DNA of 64,000 nucleotides from Eledone cirrhosa (Eukaryota): NCBI GenBank assembly GCA_964016885.1, contig OZ024743.1, positions 56,358,001 to 56,422,000 of the forward strand, read 5' to 3'. Shown piece by piece: positions 1 to 18,120 of this stretch (position 1 is its first letter; each line of letters starts with the position of its first letter). The notes under the pieces were generated by a model. It saw only the letters and a program-made list of their open reading frames with translations, ran no database searches and was not told where the DNA came from. The position numbers and the translations under genes were made by a program.

Positions 1-214
1 CTCTTCCTGTGAGAAAATCCATTCGGAGGTTGGAAATTTCACGTTATACCACAGAACAGAAACCACCTGCATTCATTCTCTGGAACACACTTTCTTTCCT
101 GCTGTCATGAGATTGCACACCTGTGAACTGTATTTTGAACATTTGAACTTTGAGCTCTTCTCTTACTTTGATTACATTGTATCTTTGGGTGATGGATAGA
201 TAGATGTCCAGTCG

Positions 215-556
215 TTCACCATATATATGGTGTGTGTATAGGATGTATATATATGTAGAAAATATATATGTGTGTATATGTGGTGTATATATATGTATGT
301 GTATGAAATATATGTATATGTATGTATAGGAGAGATATATATGTATATGTATAAGATATATATGTGTGTATGTATGTAAAATATATATATATATATGTGT
401 GTGTGTAGGATATATATATGTCTGTATATGGAAAAAATATATATGTATGTATTTAAAGTATATATATGTGTATATATGAGATATATATATATGTGTATGT
501 ATAAAATATGTATAATATATATGTATGTATAGCGTGTATGTGTATGTGTGTATAAG

Positions 557-635
<79 letters not shown>
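215..635. repeat. Compound (TA)n/(TG)n microsatellite; many similar tracts throughout the window
   Basis: Direct reading. It generates the spurious YIYI/HTHT/VCVC ORFs in the track. Confidence 0.95.
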
Positions 636-637
<2 letters not shown>

Positions 638-796
638 AGGAGGTTATAGTTCACTTGAAGCATTGTGTAATGAGGTATAAACGTTCGAATATGTGTAATA
701 AGGCCAAGACAATGCAGGTATGGACATAGAAAAAAAGAATGCAATAGTGAAAGATATTGATGTGAATTCGTCTTTCACCTTGAATTTATTTAAATG

Positions 797-831
797 TCCT
801 TAATTTTCGAGATAATCTCTTCTTCGGAGGG
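797..831 (-). ncRNA. Minimal hammerhead-like motif, inverted pLTR copy of PLE-1
   Basis: Reverse complement reads cct-CCGAAGA-a-gagat..atctc-GAA-aatt-A-agg. U4C variant core. Confidence 0.55.
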
Positions 832-1025
832 AAGTAAAGGTCTCAAACCAGCGTCTTTAAATCTCTAGCCAAGCCATGCTGACCGGAAATAGTATAGAGT
901 ATCTGTTCTAACTCTAATATCAAAGAATTAAAATTAGGTGGATAAAGAGTAGTCTCCCTTTAAGAGGGGTTTGTTTAGGGGTTTTTTTTTTTTTTTTTTT
1001 TTTAATTTTATATACGTGCCTGTAT

Positions 1026-3582
1026 ATGTGTGTGGGAGAATGCATGAATTCATTGCGCCTGAGCCAGGCCCAGTTCACAACTGTAAAGAAACTCTTCCAG
1101 CTATCTGAAAAGCGCGCCAAAGCCGACTGCCAAATAAACTTCCTAAAACGATGCCTGAATAACAACATCATCCCCAAAACCATCAAAAATTTACACCTAC
1201 CAACATGCTTCAAATCACCAGGCCTCAAACGATCACTCAGTTACATACAAAAATTCTGCCTAAGAAAACTCATACAACACCTACACCGCACGCTACAACA
1301 TCACATACGGACTATCTCCAGCCTTGTACCACAACTCGCTGAAACCCCAGAACCTCTGTCCAGGGTCATCTCCGCCACTATAGACAGGTCATACCACCAC
1401 CGCCGAGACTACGAGAAAATACGCCTAACGCAAAAATTTCTCAAACTCAGGACGGCCAACTGTCTTAACAACATCCCAACGCTAAACACCAACAGAGGCG
1501 AACAATACGTTACCAACACCGAACCTAGCGGCACCCCGACCAACAACATACCTGACGCAAAACACCTCGTCACAGACTTGACAGGATCCCTCTCCCGAGA
1601 GGAATTAGACCTCCTCAGCCTGGGTCCCAAGTTCATATTGAAACAGAGACTGGACGACAGACTATGGCTCGACATAGAAACGAATTTCTGTCGGACTGCC
1701 TACCAACTGAAATGGATATCGACTCTCGACAACAACACCACGGAATCCACCACACACAGATTCCCGATATACCAACTAGATCGCCCACTCTATCCACCGC
1801 CCGCCAACCGCGAGCTGGAAGAAAAACTCTCGAGACTAAAACATTCCGTATTTAACATCTTACGGAAACAGAAGAAGATGGCCCCTAACCTCTCCAGGAC
1901 ACAACAACTCGCCTTGAAGAACCTACGGAATAAGGAACTTATTTACTTACCATCCGACAAAGGTAAAGAGTTCTGCGTCATCTCTCAAGCCACATACAAT
2001 AACCTAGCCTTCGAACGCCTAAGCGACAGTGAATTGTACACAGTGATCCCGGACATGACCGCAGCACAAATCGAAAAACAGACCAATTCCATTTGGTTCG
2101 ATATCTGTAGGAGAAGACAACTCCCGAATAAAATTAAACTCAACTACACCACTAGAAATAGCAGACTGCCCACTTTCTACCACCTCATCAAGACCCACAA
2201 GAATAGCACTAAGACGCAAATAAGACCCATCGTCTCTAACATAGAAGGACCCCTATACAAAATGTCCTGGCTTCTCTCCCAGGTCCTCAAGCCTCTACTC
2301 TCCACCTTCCCCAGACATGTCAGTAGCTCCGACGAAGTTATACGTAGATTACACCAACTCCAGCCAGAACAACTTAAACTTAATAAATACGCTTTTAGCC
2401 TCGACGTTGTCTCCCTCTACAGTCCCCGCTCACCCAGCTGTCGATTTATTGACGGACTGCGTGGTCGCAGAGAACATCCACTGCTACGGCCTCCACCCGA
2501 CGGAGATACACCAGCTTTTGTCCTTCACAGTAGACAACACGTACTTCACCTTCCACCACCACACATACAGACAGACAACAGGATTACCCATGGGATCCAG
2601 CCTTTCGGGCCTGCTGGCCATCACCTACATGAACCAGCTAGAATGCCGAGCCCTCAACACCTGCCATTCCCATGCCTTCTTCACCCGATATGTAGATGAC
2701 ATACTCATCCTTACATCATCCCGTGAGGAGGCAGAGAAAATATACACAACATTCTCCAGCATGGACGCCAGTATAAAGTTCAGCATGGAACACCCCGATG
2801 ACCGCGGATCCCTATCCCTACTGGACTTCCAACTCAGGGTAACAGAGGAAGGCAACATCCACACCTGCTTCTATAAAAAATCCGCCAGCAGGGACCTGTT
2901 CGTACATTTCAGATCGGCCCTCCCACTCGGTGCCAAGTTCGGATACATAAAGAACGAACTGGCACGTATCAAGAACAAATGCACCGACGCCAGAGACCGA
3001 GACACACACACCACACATTTCCTGGAAGTACTCAAACTGAACGGATACACGACATCCACCACAAACCGTGCCAGAAAGAACAGAGGACACCACACCCGAG
3101 GCACTAACACTTGCTTCCTGAAGCTCCCACACTTCAGTGAAGAAACAACAACAGCCATCCGCAGAGCCATCAGACGAGAGGGACTGGATATCCAACTGGC
3201 CCACACGGGTCCTTCTCTGCGCGGACGGCTGACTAAGAGACACTCCACCAGACATGACAACTGCTGCAGACTAGCCAACTGCCCCATCAACGACACAGAC
3301 CTATGCCACCAGGCTTACGTAGTATACAGACTAGAGTGTGACAAATGCAACAACTTCTACGTAGGTAGCACCACAAGAATAAAAGAACACCTCAATACTA
3401 ACGCTTCCTCATTTAAGAAACACCTAGTTAAATGCAAAAACACCGATAAAAACATAACAGTTAGGATAGAAACTAAGGAAAGAAACCTCGGCAATCTTAG
3501 AATTAAGGAAGCACTTATTATAGATAGAACACATCCACCAATCAATAATAGACTAGAGCTCAACACCCAATTTATAACCTGA
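1026..3582 (+). pseudogene. PLE polyprotein (RT plus C-terminal GIY-YIG endonuclease), frameshifted near 2420
   Basis: Motifs PSDKGK, IKTHK..IRPIVS, SLDVVSLY, then a frame switch to TVP, GLPMGS, RYVDD, Cys-rich linker, VVYRLECDKCNNFYVGSTTR and IKEALII. Split across ORFs 1026..2699 and 2317..3582. Confidence 0.92.
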
Positions 3583-3987
3583 TAGGGCCTCTAGCCCCAT
3601 TTTACACACCCCACACACACGCACGCGCACACACACACGCTTACACCTCCACTTATTCTCTCTCACACATACACACACAAAACCAGTTCTAACACCAGAT
3701 AACACCTACCCCCCACTTTTACGATTAGACCTATCTTCCCACACTCACACACACACACCCACATACCTACACCTTCATGCATTCTCCCACACACATATAC
3801 AGGCACGTATATAAAATTTAAAAAAAAAAAAAAAAAAACCCTAAACAAACCCCTCTTAAAGGGAGACTACTCTTTATCCACCTAATTTTAATTCTTTGAT
3901 ATTAGAGTTAGAACAGATACTCTATACTATTTCCGGTCAGCATGGTTTGGCTAGAGATTTAAAGACGCTGGTTTGAGACCTTTACTT

Positions 3988-4024
3988 CCCTCCGAAGAAG
4001 AGATATTATCTCGAAAATTAAGGA
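3988..4024 (+). ncRNA. Minimal type I hammerhead-like motif in 3' pLTR of PLE-1
   Basis: cct-CCGAAGA-a-gagat att atctc-GAA-AATT-A-agg. Stem III is palindromic (AATT). Confidence 0.6.
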
Positions 4025-4137
4025 CATTTAAATAAATTCAAGGTGAAAGACGAATTCACATCAATATCTTTCACTATTGCATTCTTTTTTCTATGTCCAT
4101 ACCTGCATTGTCTTGGCCTTATTACACATATTCAAAC

Positions 4138-4201
<64 letters not shown>

Positions 4202-4500
4202 ATATATTAAATATATATATGTTTGTTTGTATAATATGTGTATATGTGTATAGTGTATATATATATAATATATATGGTGTGTATATATGTGTGTATATAT
4301 GTATGTGTATATATATATGTGTGTGTGTGTGTGTGTATGTGTGTATGTGTGATACATCTATCTAGTATCTATATCAAGTATCTATTATTTCTTCATAAGT
4401 ACATTTTAAACTTATAGAAATGATTCTTTGTGTTGTTAATTTATACTGATTGGGAGAGGAAATACTATATATATTTTATCTAATGATTCTTTGGACTTAC

Positions 4501-5027
<527 letters not shown>

Positions 5028-5330
5028 TATATATATATATAAATATCGTATTTCCAAGAATGTATGAGGATTTCTGAGGAAAAAAAATATATATATATAT
5101 ATTATATACACACACACACATATGTGTATATATATAATATACTAGCGGAGCTACCCGGCTTCGCTCAGTGTTAAAAAGCTTATTTAGAAAAGAATAATAT
5201 TAACATTTTAATCGTTATTTAAAAACTTCTGTAATTTAGTTTCTATTTTTTAGATTTTAACATTTATCTTTAAATGACTGAATGACTGACGAATTTAAAG
5301 AAAATTCGTTATAAGAACATTTAATTTGTT

Positions 5331-7166
5331 TTACTGAAGTGCTTTTGGATACACAATGTTTTTTGTTTTTCCTTCTGGTGCGTACACGAATAAATCAGAA
5401 GGTTTACCGACGCGTGAGCAAGCCACATACAGCTGTCCATGTGAGAAGCATGGATTTTCTAAATTTAGTCCACACACTTGTAGCGATTGTCCTTGTGCTT
5501 TGTTGATAGTCATTGCAAAGGCGAGTCGCACCGGAAACTGCAAACGTTTGAAATCGAATGGCGTATCTGTTGGAATGATTGGGATGCGTGGCAAGAGTAC
5601 ATCTTCTCCTTTAAATTTTCCATTTAAAATTGTAGCCTCGATGATATTGTTCATCGTCTTTTTCACTGAAAGTCTGGTACCGTTGCAAAGTTGTGGTGGA
5701 TTGATGTTTCGGAGAAGGATGATAGGCACGCCAATTTTCAATGTTAAAATGTGCGGTGGCATGCCTGGCAAATCAAGTGAATTAAAGAATTCAATTGGAT
5801 AATTGATAATTTCGTCTTGATTCATTACAGTATCGATGGACTTGTTGGACGTTGTCGCTTCGCCTGGTATTTCGTTTTGAATGCTGAAATTAATGGCATT
5901 GACATCGGTGTTTTTGGCTGCTAATATAGCACGTACACTGAGCCACTGATGATTTTTGTAATGCTGCGCAATATTTGGGAACACTTTGTGAATCAGTTCG
6001 TCTCTGGTTGCCGTGATTCTACAGAAGTTTGTTGGCAATGTGATACATTTTGTGGAATCATCGATTACCATTTTCCCATTCCCAATATCCAGCAATTGTT
6101 TTGTGAAACGTTCAGCGGATGCGTCATTTTGTAGTTGTACACGCATATTGTTTTTTAAAGTTAATTTCTGTACGTGTCGCCATAAAACTGATGATTTGAG
6201 ACATGCATTAAGCTCATCAGCGGGTGTTGATCGCGGTATAACTGGTAGAGTTTGTCGAAAATCACCAGACAATAAAATGAGTGTGCCACCGAAGAGCTGT
6301 TCATTTCCTTTCAAATCTTTTAGCGTATTATTAAGCGCTTCCAATGATTTTTTGTGCGCCATAGTACATTCGTCCCATATAATGATTTTACATGATTGGA
6401 GTACTTTACCTATACCAGAATTTTTGGTAATATTGCATGTTGATGTCTCAGCGATTTGCATATTCAATGGCAATTTCAGGGCTGAATGTGCTGTTCGGCC
6501 ACCATCTAAAAGAGTTGCGGCAATTCCAGATGATGCGATTGCCAGTGCAATATTATTTTCTGATCGTATAGTTGCCAAAATAAGTGAAATGAGAAAAGTT
6601 TTGCCTGTACCACCGGGCGCATCTATAAAATACAATCCGCCGCTTTGACTTATAATTGCCTGCATAATTTGGTCATATACTATGCGTTGTCCTGGTAGCA
6701 ATTTGGGAAGATTCGTTTGAACAAATGTACCCAATTCGGCGACATCAAAGTTTGTTTCTCGTTGCAAATCACGATCGAAAATGTCGTTTACAGATCGATT
6801 CGGCGCAGGCATTCCCAATTGTACCAATGTTTTGTTAGCGATTGCTAAACATATGACCTCAATGGAAACCAATGCTTCATTATACACATTTTGTGTGAAT
6901 TGAATATTCATATTTTGATTTGTTGCACGCAAACGATGTAGGATGTCTTCACTCATGTAGTCTTTATATTTTTCCCAAAGATCTTTTGGATTTGATGGGA
7001 AGCACGTTGTCAATATTATTGAGAATAATGTGCGTATTTGCTTTGGTCGAGCAGTATTCGATGCATCAGCGAGTGAAGTGTCCCAATGTCCATCATTTTC
7101 AAGAAGATTTAATTCTTGGCAAGCTTCACGATAAGTGGCACATACTTGACCGTTTACTGTTCTCAA
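5331..7166 (-). CDS. Helitron RepHel C-terminal PIF1-family SF1B helicase (Rep/HUH part deleted)
   Basis: 611 aa uninterrupted. Motifs DAPGGTGKT, IIWDEC, LSGDFRQ, LCNGTR, FAMTINKAQGQS and HGQLYVACSRV. Confidence 0.9.
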   Translation of the reverse strand: MRTVNGQVCATYREACQELNLLENDGHWDTSLADASNTARPKQIRTLFSIILTTCFPSNPKDLWEKYKDYMSEDILHRLRATNQNMNIQFTQNVYNEALVSIEVICLAIANKTLVQLGMPAPNRSVNDIFDRDLQRETNFDVAELGTFVQTNLPKLLPGQRIVYDQIMQAIISQSGGLYFIDAPGGTGKTFLISLILATIRSENNIALAIASSGIAATLLDGGRTAHSALKLPLNMQIAETSTCNITKNSGIGKVLQSCKIIIWDECTMAHKKSLEALNNTLKDLKGNEQLFGGTLILLSGDFRQTLPVIPRSTPADELNACLKSSVLWRHVQKLTLKNNMRVQLQNDASAERFTKQLLDIGNGKMVIDDSTKCITLPTNFCRITATRDELIHKVFPNIAQHYKNHQWLSVRAILAAKNTDVNAINFSIQNEIPGEATTSNKSIDTVMNQDEIINYPIEFFNSLDLPGMPPHILTLKIGVPIILLRNINPPQLCNGTRLSVKKTMNNIIEATILNGKFKGEDVLLPRIPIIPTDTPFDFKRLQFPVRLAFAMTINKAQGQSLQVCGLNLENPCFSHGQLYVACSRVGKPSDLFVYAPEGKTKNIVYPKALQ

Positions 7167-7320
7167 TTCTTGGAATGATGTCGGTCCACGTATGTGTCCA
7201 GGTCAGGAAAATAAGGACAGACGAAATGAAGATATCAAATTACAGCACTTAGTTAAGGGCTAGCTGAAAAAGAATTCCCTGTAATAGGAGTGGAAGGGAA
7301 GTAATGTGAAACAGACACTA

Positions 7321-7800
7321 TACTAATTCTATTGAAATTATATTAAATTAAAGAGAGAATTTACTAATTCTATTGAAATTATATTAAATTAAAGAGATAA
7401 TACTAATTCTATTGAAATTATCTTTAATTAAAAAAATTTCACACTCGCTCTTTCACTCACTCTTTGTCTATACGTTGATTTCTCTTTCTCCGTTTATAGC
7501 ACTCTCTCTCTCTTTGTCTATACGTTGCTCTTTCACTCTCTCTTTGTCTATACGTTGATTTCTCTTTCTCCGTTTATAACTTTAGAGACAGTCTAATATA
7601 GGGAGTGGTTCAAAGCAGCCAGACTACTCGCTCTTTCACTCGTTGCTCTTTCACTCTCTCTTTGTCTATACGTTGATTTCTCTTTCTCCGTTTATAACTT
7701 TAGAGACAGTCTAATATAGGGAGTGGTTCAAAGCAGCCAGACTACTCGCTCTTTCACTCTCTGTTTGAATATACGTTGATTTCTCTTTCTCCGTTTATAT
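7321..7800. repeat. Subterminal tandem repeats inside the Helitron (about 40 bp x3 and about 125-135 bp units)
   Basis: tactaattctattgaaattat occurs three times. ctttgtctatacgttgatttctctttctccgtttata...gagtggttcaaagcagccagactactcgc is repeated. Confidence 0.85.
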
Positions 7801-8297
7801 CTTTGGACAAACAAACAAACATACATTCATTTTTATATATATAGATAGATAAATTTGTATACACATTATATATGAGCATACATGCATACACACACATACG
7901 TATATACATATATATGTGGGTGTGTTGTTATCAACAATAACTTAAGTGTTATGTAACAGTATTACATATTCTTTACTGACTCACCTTTTTTCCCTCTCTC
8001 CCTCCCTCTACCCCTCTCCCTCCCTCTACCTCACTCCTTCCTTCTCTCTCCCTCTTTCCATCGCTATCTTTTTCTCTATCTCTATTTCTTTTTTATCTCT
8101 CGCTCACACACACTCTCGCACTCATTTTTCACAAACAAATTTTAGTTTCAATTTCAAATTTTTCTCAGAAATCCTCATACATTCTTCGAAATACGATATT
8201 TTTTCGAGTATAAAAGTTGTTATAAACATCCTCGGGGCTATAATTTAAACAGTTTTCCAGTTTTCTCACTAACAAGTTTGTCATCAGAATTGAGAGA

Positions 8298-9776
8298 ATG
8301 ATACCAAGGATATTTTATTTCCTTTTGCTGATCACATTAACAGTGAAGAGTGAAGCTAATGTATCTGAACCTAATATATCAAATATGTTATCACTTTATG
8401 GTAACACTACTTCATCGGGTAAACATCCATCCCTGTGGTTTTTTGTACAAATGATAAACATCCTAAACTGTGGATCATTACCAAAATTAAAAAACAGTCG
8501 GATACAATATGTTATGAAATGGAACGAAGAAAAGATATTTCTGAAACAAAAGTGTAACCGTTATTTTGAAGCAAGCCGAGAGAATACGACCGACGTTGTA
8601 TGTTTGAATGGTAAATGGATATATGACGATAAAGTATGTAAGTTAATAACCTGTCCAACTTTTCATAAGCCTGTTCATAGTTACATGACTGATGTTACAT
8701 ACACATATAACTCTGTTATCTACTTTTCGTGCTTTCCTGGTTATTTTTTACGAGGAAACAGTTCAATACGCTGCGAAAAAACGAAACAATGGTCATCTCC
8801 AGCACCAGTTTGTGAAACTGTTACATGTCTTCCACCACACGAGCCGAATCATGGCAATGTATCCAATACAAAGAAAATTGCATTTAATGAAACAATTTCT
8901 TTCAGTTGCTCGGAACCATATACTTTGAAAGGTGAATCTGTATTAACATGTCTTGAAGACGGTAGATGGAACTTTCCAGCTCCGGTATGCACTATTAAGT
9001 GTCCTGTACCTGAAATTCCTGGGAGAGTCGTCGATATTTCTCAAGATACAATTTTGAAACCAAGAACATTCATTGATAATGGAAGGAGTGTAATATATTC
9101 CTGTAATCGGTCTTTTATACCAGTATCATTTGGAATCGTTCGGTGTATGTCAGGGAGGTGGATTCCACCTATACAGTGCAAAGTTGCATGTAAAATTGAG
9201 AAGCTAAATGGATTAAATTATATATTATCACGTAATGCCTCCGTTATTGAATATAGCTGTTCAGCAGGGGAAACGTTGAAGGGAGATTCTAAAAGAAACT
9301 GTTTAGAAAATGGAACCTGGAGTGGAAAACTTCCAGTCTGTGTAAAATACTGCCAACTTTCACCCAGTTTTGGCATTTTTAGTTACCGAAATTCAGACAA
9401 TTTACAATATTTTCCGTTTGCCAGCATGGTTCCAGAAAACACCAATATTACATATTCATGCCTAGATCAGTCTGTGAGGAGGCCTAAAGAGAGAGTGGTG
9501 TGTCATGATGGCGTATTGACCCCAAAACCAAAATGTTTATTCAAAAATTTTCGGTTGGATGATGAAAACTTTCTCATTTTCAAAACAACATCTGATTATC
9601 GTGTTTGTAAGACCGGTTTTTCTTGCAAACATCTTGGTTACAGTCAGGGTAATTGTGAACATATCACATATAGATATAAGAATCGTGTCAAATTGAATAT
9701 TATAAATGAAACAGAAGTACATATAACAGAATACGTTTTCCGTTCTGACTGCTGTGTTATGAAATGTTATGAATGA
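8298..9776 (+). CDS. Secreted sushi/CCP (SCR) domain protein: signal peptide, 6 CCP modules, Cys-rich C-terminal domain
   Basis: 492 aa single ORF with a hydrophobic N-terminus (MIPRIFYFLLLITLTVKSEA). Repeated C-P..C...C..G.W...P.C modules such as CFPGYFLRGNSSIRCEKTKQWSSPAPVC. No transmembrane segment. Confidence 0.9.
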   Translation: MIPRIFYFLLLITLTVKSEANVSEPNISNMLSLYGNTTSSGKHPSLWFFVQMINILNCGSLPKLKNSRIQYVMKWNEEKIFLKQKCNRYFEASRENTTDVVCLNGKWIYDDKVCKLITCPTFHKPVHSYMTDVTYTYNSVIYFSCFPGYFLRGNSSIRCEKTKQWSSPAPVCETVTCLPPHEPNHGNVSNTKKIAFNETISFSCSEPYTLKGESVLTCLEDGRWNFPAPVCTIKCPVPEIPGRVVDISQDTILKPRTFIDNGRSVIYSCNRSFIPVSFGIVRCMSGRWIPPIQCKVACKIEKLNGLNYILSRNASVIEYSCSAGETLKGDSKRNCLENGTWSGKLPVCVKYCQLSPSFGIFSYRNSDNLQYFPFASMVPENTNITYSCLDQSVRRPKERVVCHDGVLTPKPKCLFKNFRLDDENFLIFKTTSDYRVCKTGFSCKHLGYSQGNCEHITYRYKNRVKLNIINETEVHITEYVFRSDCCVMKCYE

Positions 9777-9992
9777 CTAATATTTACTTGAAAACTTTGT
9801 TTTCCACACACAGACTTATAATTGCTTGTATATATGTTACTTGCAATCAAACATATATTCCCGCCTTACTTTGCCATAACAAGAGAGTTTAAAGACGTTT
9901 AATAACATTACTCATAGCAAATACAATTGTGCCATTAAAAGAATTTCAGTCTCCAAAATAATTGTTCTGTTTTATTCAATTATTGTTCCTGA

Positions 9993-11023
9993 TTTTATTT
10001 AATGCGAGATTTCCATCAAACATTCTGTTTATTTAAAGCCAGATTTCCATCAAACATTCTGTTTATTTAATGCAATATTTCCATGAAACATTTTAATTAT
10101 TTCAGCAAGATTTCCATCAAATATTCTGTTTACATAATGCAAGATATCCATCAAACATTCTATCTATTTACTTAATGCAAGATTTCCATTAAACATTCTA
10201 TTTATTTAATTCAATTTTTCCATCAAACATGTATCTGTTTAATGATTTCCATCAAACATTCTATTTATTTAATGCAAGATTTCCATCAAACATTCTATTT
10301 TATTTCAGCAAGATGTCCATCAAACATTCTATTTGTTTAATGCGAGATTTCCATCAAACATTCTATTTTGTTTCAGCAAGATTTCCATCAAACATTCGAT
10401 TTTATTTAATGCAATATTTCCATGAAACGTTCGATTTTATTAAATGCAATATTTCCATCAAACATTATATTTACTTAATGCAATATTTCCATCAAACATA
10501 TTTAATGCAAGATTTCCATCAAACATTCTATTTTGTTTCAGCAAGATTTCCATCAAACATTCGATTTTATTAAATGCAATAATTCCATCAAACATTCTGT
10601 TTACTTAATGCAAGATATCCATCAAACATTCTATCTATTTAATGAAATAATGCATCAAACATTCTATTTCCTTAATGCAAGAGTTCCATTAAACATTCTA
10701 TTTATTTAATGCAATATTTCCATCAAACATTTATTTGTTTAATGCGAGATTTCCATCAAACATTCTATTTTGTTTCAGCAAGATTTCCATCAGACATTCG
10801 ATTTTATTAAATGCAATATTTCCATCAGACATTCGATTTTATTAAATGCAATATTTCCATCAAACATTCAATTTACTTAATGCAAGATTTCCATCAAACA
10901 TTCTATTTAATGAAATATTACCATCAAACATTTTATTTATTTAATGCAATATTTCCATTAAACATTTTATTTATTTAATGCAATATTTCCATCAAACATT
11001 ATATTTAATGCATGATTTCCATT
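9993..11023. repeat. AT-rich minisatellite, unit about 34 bp, about 30 copies
   Basis: Consensus approximately atttccatcaaacattctatttatttaatgcaag, contiguous with no unique spacers. Confidence 0.93.
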
Positions 11024-11032
11024 ATGTATATA

Positions 11033-16290
<5,258 letters not shown>

Positions 16291-16458
16291 TTCAAACACC
16301 GGCCAGAGTTACTGCCCTTACTCGGTAATGCGGAGTTAAGTCAAACTATTGACAGGAATACTCTCAACTCCCACATTATCTGCTGATTGATCTTTTCTTT
16401 ACTTTCTACCCATAAATATATGTGTGTGTATGTATGTTCTTCTGGTTTTATAATTTTA

Positions 16459-17050
16459 CTAGCAGTGGTACCCGGCGTTGCACGGATAAGGTATTGTGAA
16501 ATATATAACCGCCTTAGTTAAGCTTAGTATTGCCACAACCACGGCTGGCAAAGAAGTAAGGGTCTGGTGGTACGTAAGTAAGCAACACTGTGGCTTAAAA
16601 CGTGAGGAAGAAGTTGTGTGCACTTACCAACTGTTTGGGGAATGAGTGTGAGATTTGTCTTGAGCTAGGGTGGCAGAATAACTGGAGACAGCAGACAGCC
16701 AGACATACAGACAGATATTATAAGGGTGCGTTCTGGACGCAGAGCGAATTGTAGGAAGTGGCGTAATGCAGACAGCTAGACATACAGACAGATATTATAA
16801 GGGTGCGACGTTATATGTATGTATCTATCTAAAAAGAGAAAGACTAATAATTATAGAGAGAGATCGTTAAATCGCATAATGCGGTCCCTATGGCATTGAA
16901 AATTTGAATATTTTTTTTGCTCAGAACACTTCCTGAAACATAAGTATTACATGTGTAAAGTTTGAAAACAGTCAGTTGGGTGTTTCTCTAGTTTTAGGGA
17001 TTCAAACTCACACACACACAGACAGACATCCTCAGTTTTATATATATAGA
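16459..17050 (-). mobile_element. Non-autonomous Helitron
   Basis: On the minus strand it runs from 5' TCTATATATATAAAA to a 3' hairpin plus CTAG. It is inserted at an A/T inside an R4-type 3' UTR (compare the uninterrupted copies at 25290 and 59990). Confidence 0.85.
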
Positions 17051-17092
17051 TAATTTTTTACCAATAGAGCGAGAGAGAGTGTCGGTTTCTGA

Positions 17093-17295
17093 TTGTAATT
17101 TCCTAACTAGTTGTGTTCTTTCTGTTTCTATGAAGCCCAGCTTCTCAAGATTTGTATTGAGGCAGTTACTAACATATCCCAGTGCCCCAATAATCACAGG
17201 CATAAATCTGAAGGTATAGTAAGGGTGGAGTATCTGCAGATTTCTCATTAGTTCTGCATAGATATTCTCCTTTTCGCTAATCTTTGATATGCAGA
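17093..17295 (-). mobile_element. R4/Dong-like non-LTR retrotransposon 3' fragment (copies at 30930-31130, 59985-60435; UTR at 25275-25600)
   Basis: EKENIYAELMRNLQILHP..FMPVIIGALG...KLQVQSINGTVKICKTF, the end of a restriction-like endonuclease region. Confidence 0.7.
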
Positions 17296-17597
17296 GCAGA
17301 GCAGAGCTCAATCCATTTCGACGGCTATTTCAGTCCAGAAACATTTTCCTGTTACCCACTCTACTACCCAAAGTATTGAGTACTCTGGTGCGTTATGGTG
17401 AACCTGGTTCCCTACCACACTTCCTTAGTTATGTATGTGTGTGTGTATGTATGTATATATATAAGTGTATATATATGTATGTATATATATATAAATGAAA
17501 AGTATAGAAAGTGTTGTAGCAAGAAGCCAACAGTATTCCATAATATATAAGTGACTATATGTATGTATGTATGTATATTTGTATATATGTATATATG

Positions 17598-18120
17598 TCA
17601 GGTCACCAGTTGGTGCTACTGGTAACATGTATCCCAGTACAACCTGTCTCATGGTCGGGTCGTTGGCGACTAAACTGGCAACCCCACCAAGGTTTCTTGG
17701 TGAGGAGGGTGACTTTGGACATCCTTCAGGACTAAAAACAAAACCTGTCAAAGGTCAAAGGAGCTCTTAAGAGTCAATGGCCATCCAAAATCACCGGGAG
17801 AGATGACCCCTTAGCCTTTGTCAAGGCAGAATTCTAGGAGAAGGAAAACTCTGATATAACACCTGCAACCCTGATGGTATCCAATGATGTTGACTTGGTC
17901 TTCTTTTTGGTAAATATCATCTTGGTTAAGAGAATGGGACTGGCTTTGTGCAGTGCCTTTGCTCACTATAAAAGCTTCACGGCACAGGCATTGCTTTATA
18001 TCTGGAGATCTCTCTGCACTTGTCGTCACATGATATCATGGGCCCAGCACTATGTGTCAATAATTGTCACAAGTGTAGTGTTTGTACCAGAGTTTTCAAG
18101 TCGCTGGCTGGACTAAAAAG
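17598..18120 (+). mobile_element. RTE-derived non-autonomous element (copies at 23132-23727, 31448-32892, 41589-42052; relatives at 28550-28902, 33155-33470)
   Basis: RTE 5'UTR-like motif ctaggagaaggaaaactctg is fused to a C-terminal C2H2 zinc-finger remnant (HKCSVCTRVFKSLAGLKSHTRSAH in the 23.6 kb copy), with a (TATG)n tail. Confidence 0.75.

Larger units (their letters stand above)
676..4144 (+). mobile_element. Penelope-like retroelement (PLE-1), near full length, with inverted 5' pseudo-LTR
   Basis: 676-1048 is the reverse complement of 3774-4144. RT and GIY-YIG ORF lies between them, and both sides are close to (TA)n tracts. Confidence 0.93.
5142..7845 (-). mobile_element. Helitron, internally deleted, retaining the helicase half of RepHel
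   Basis: On the minus strand it starts TCTATATATATAAAA (about 7845) and ends with a GC-rich subterminal hairpin-like motif (gagcgaagccggg) plus CTAG (5145-5142), between A and T. Contains a Pif1 ORF. Confidence 0.9.

Noticed and set aside
172-744. Long YI/HT/VC/poly-K,R,L,E ORFs here and throughout the window
   Set aside because: These are translations of microsatellites.
2400-2440. Programmed frameshift in PLE-1
   Set aside because: It falls within the conserved RT motif DVVSLY-T-x-VP with apparently missing bases and no slippery site, so it is a simple indel.
5331-7166. Host PIF1 gene
   Set aside because: It is intronless, lacks a natural N-terminus and is enclosed by Helitron termini.
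9993-11023. CRISPR-like array, and the ORF 10229..10573
   Set aside because: Units are contiguous degenerate repeats with no unique spacers or cas genes in a eukaryotic context. The ORF is a translation of the satellite.
17601-17682. HDV-like ribozyme in the 5' part of the RTE-derived element
   Set aside because: P2 (ccagt/actgg), P4 and a CTAA junction are suggestive, but P3/L3 is too short and P1 is weak, so the fold cannot be supported by eye.
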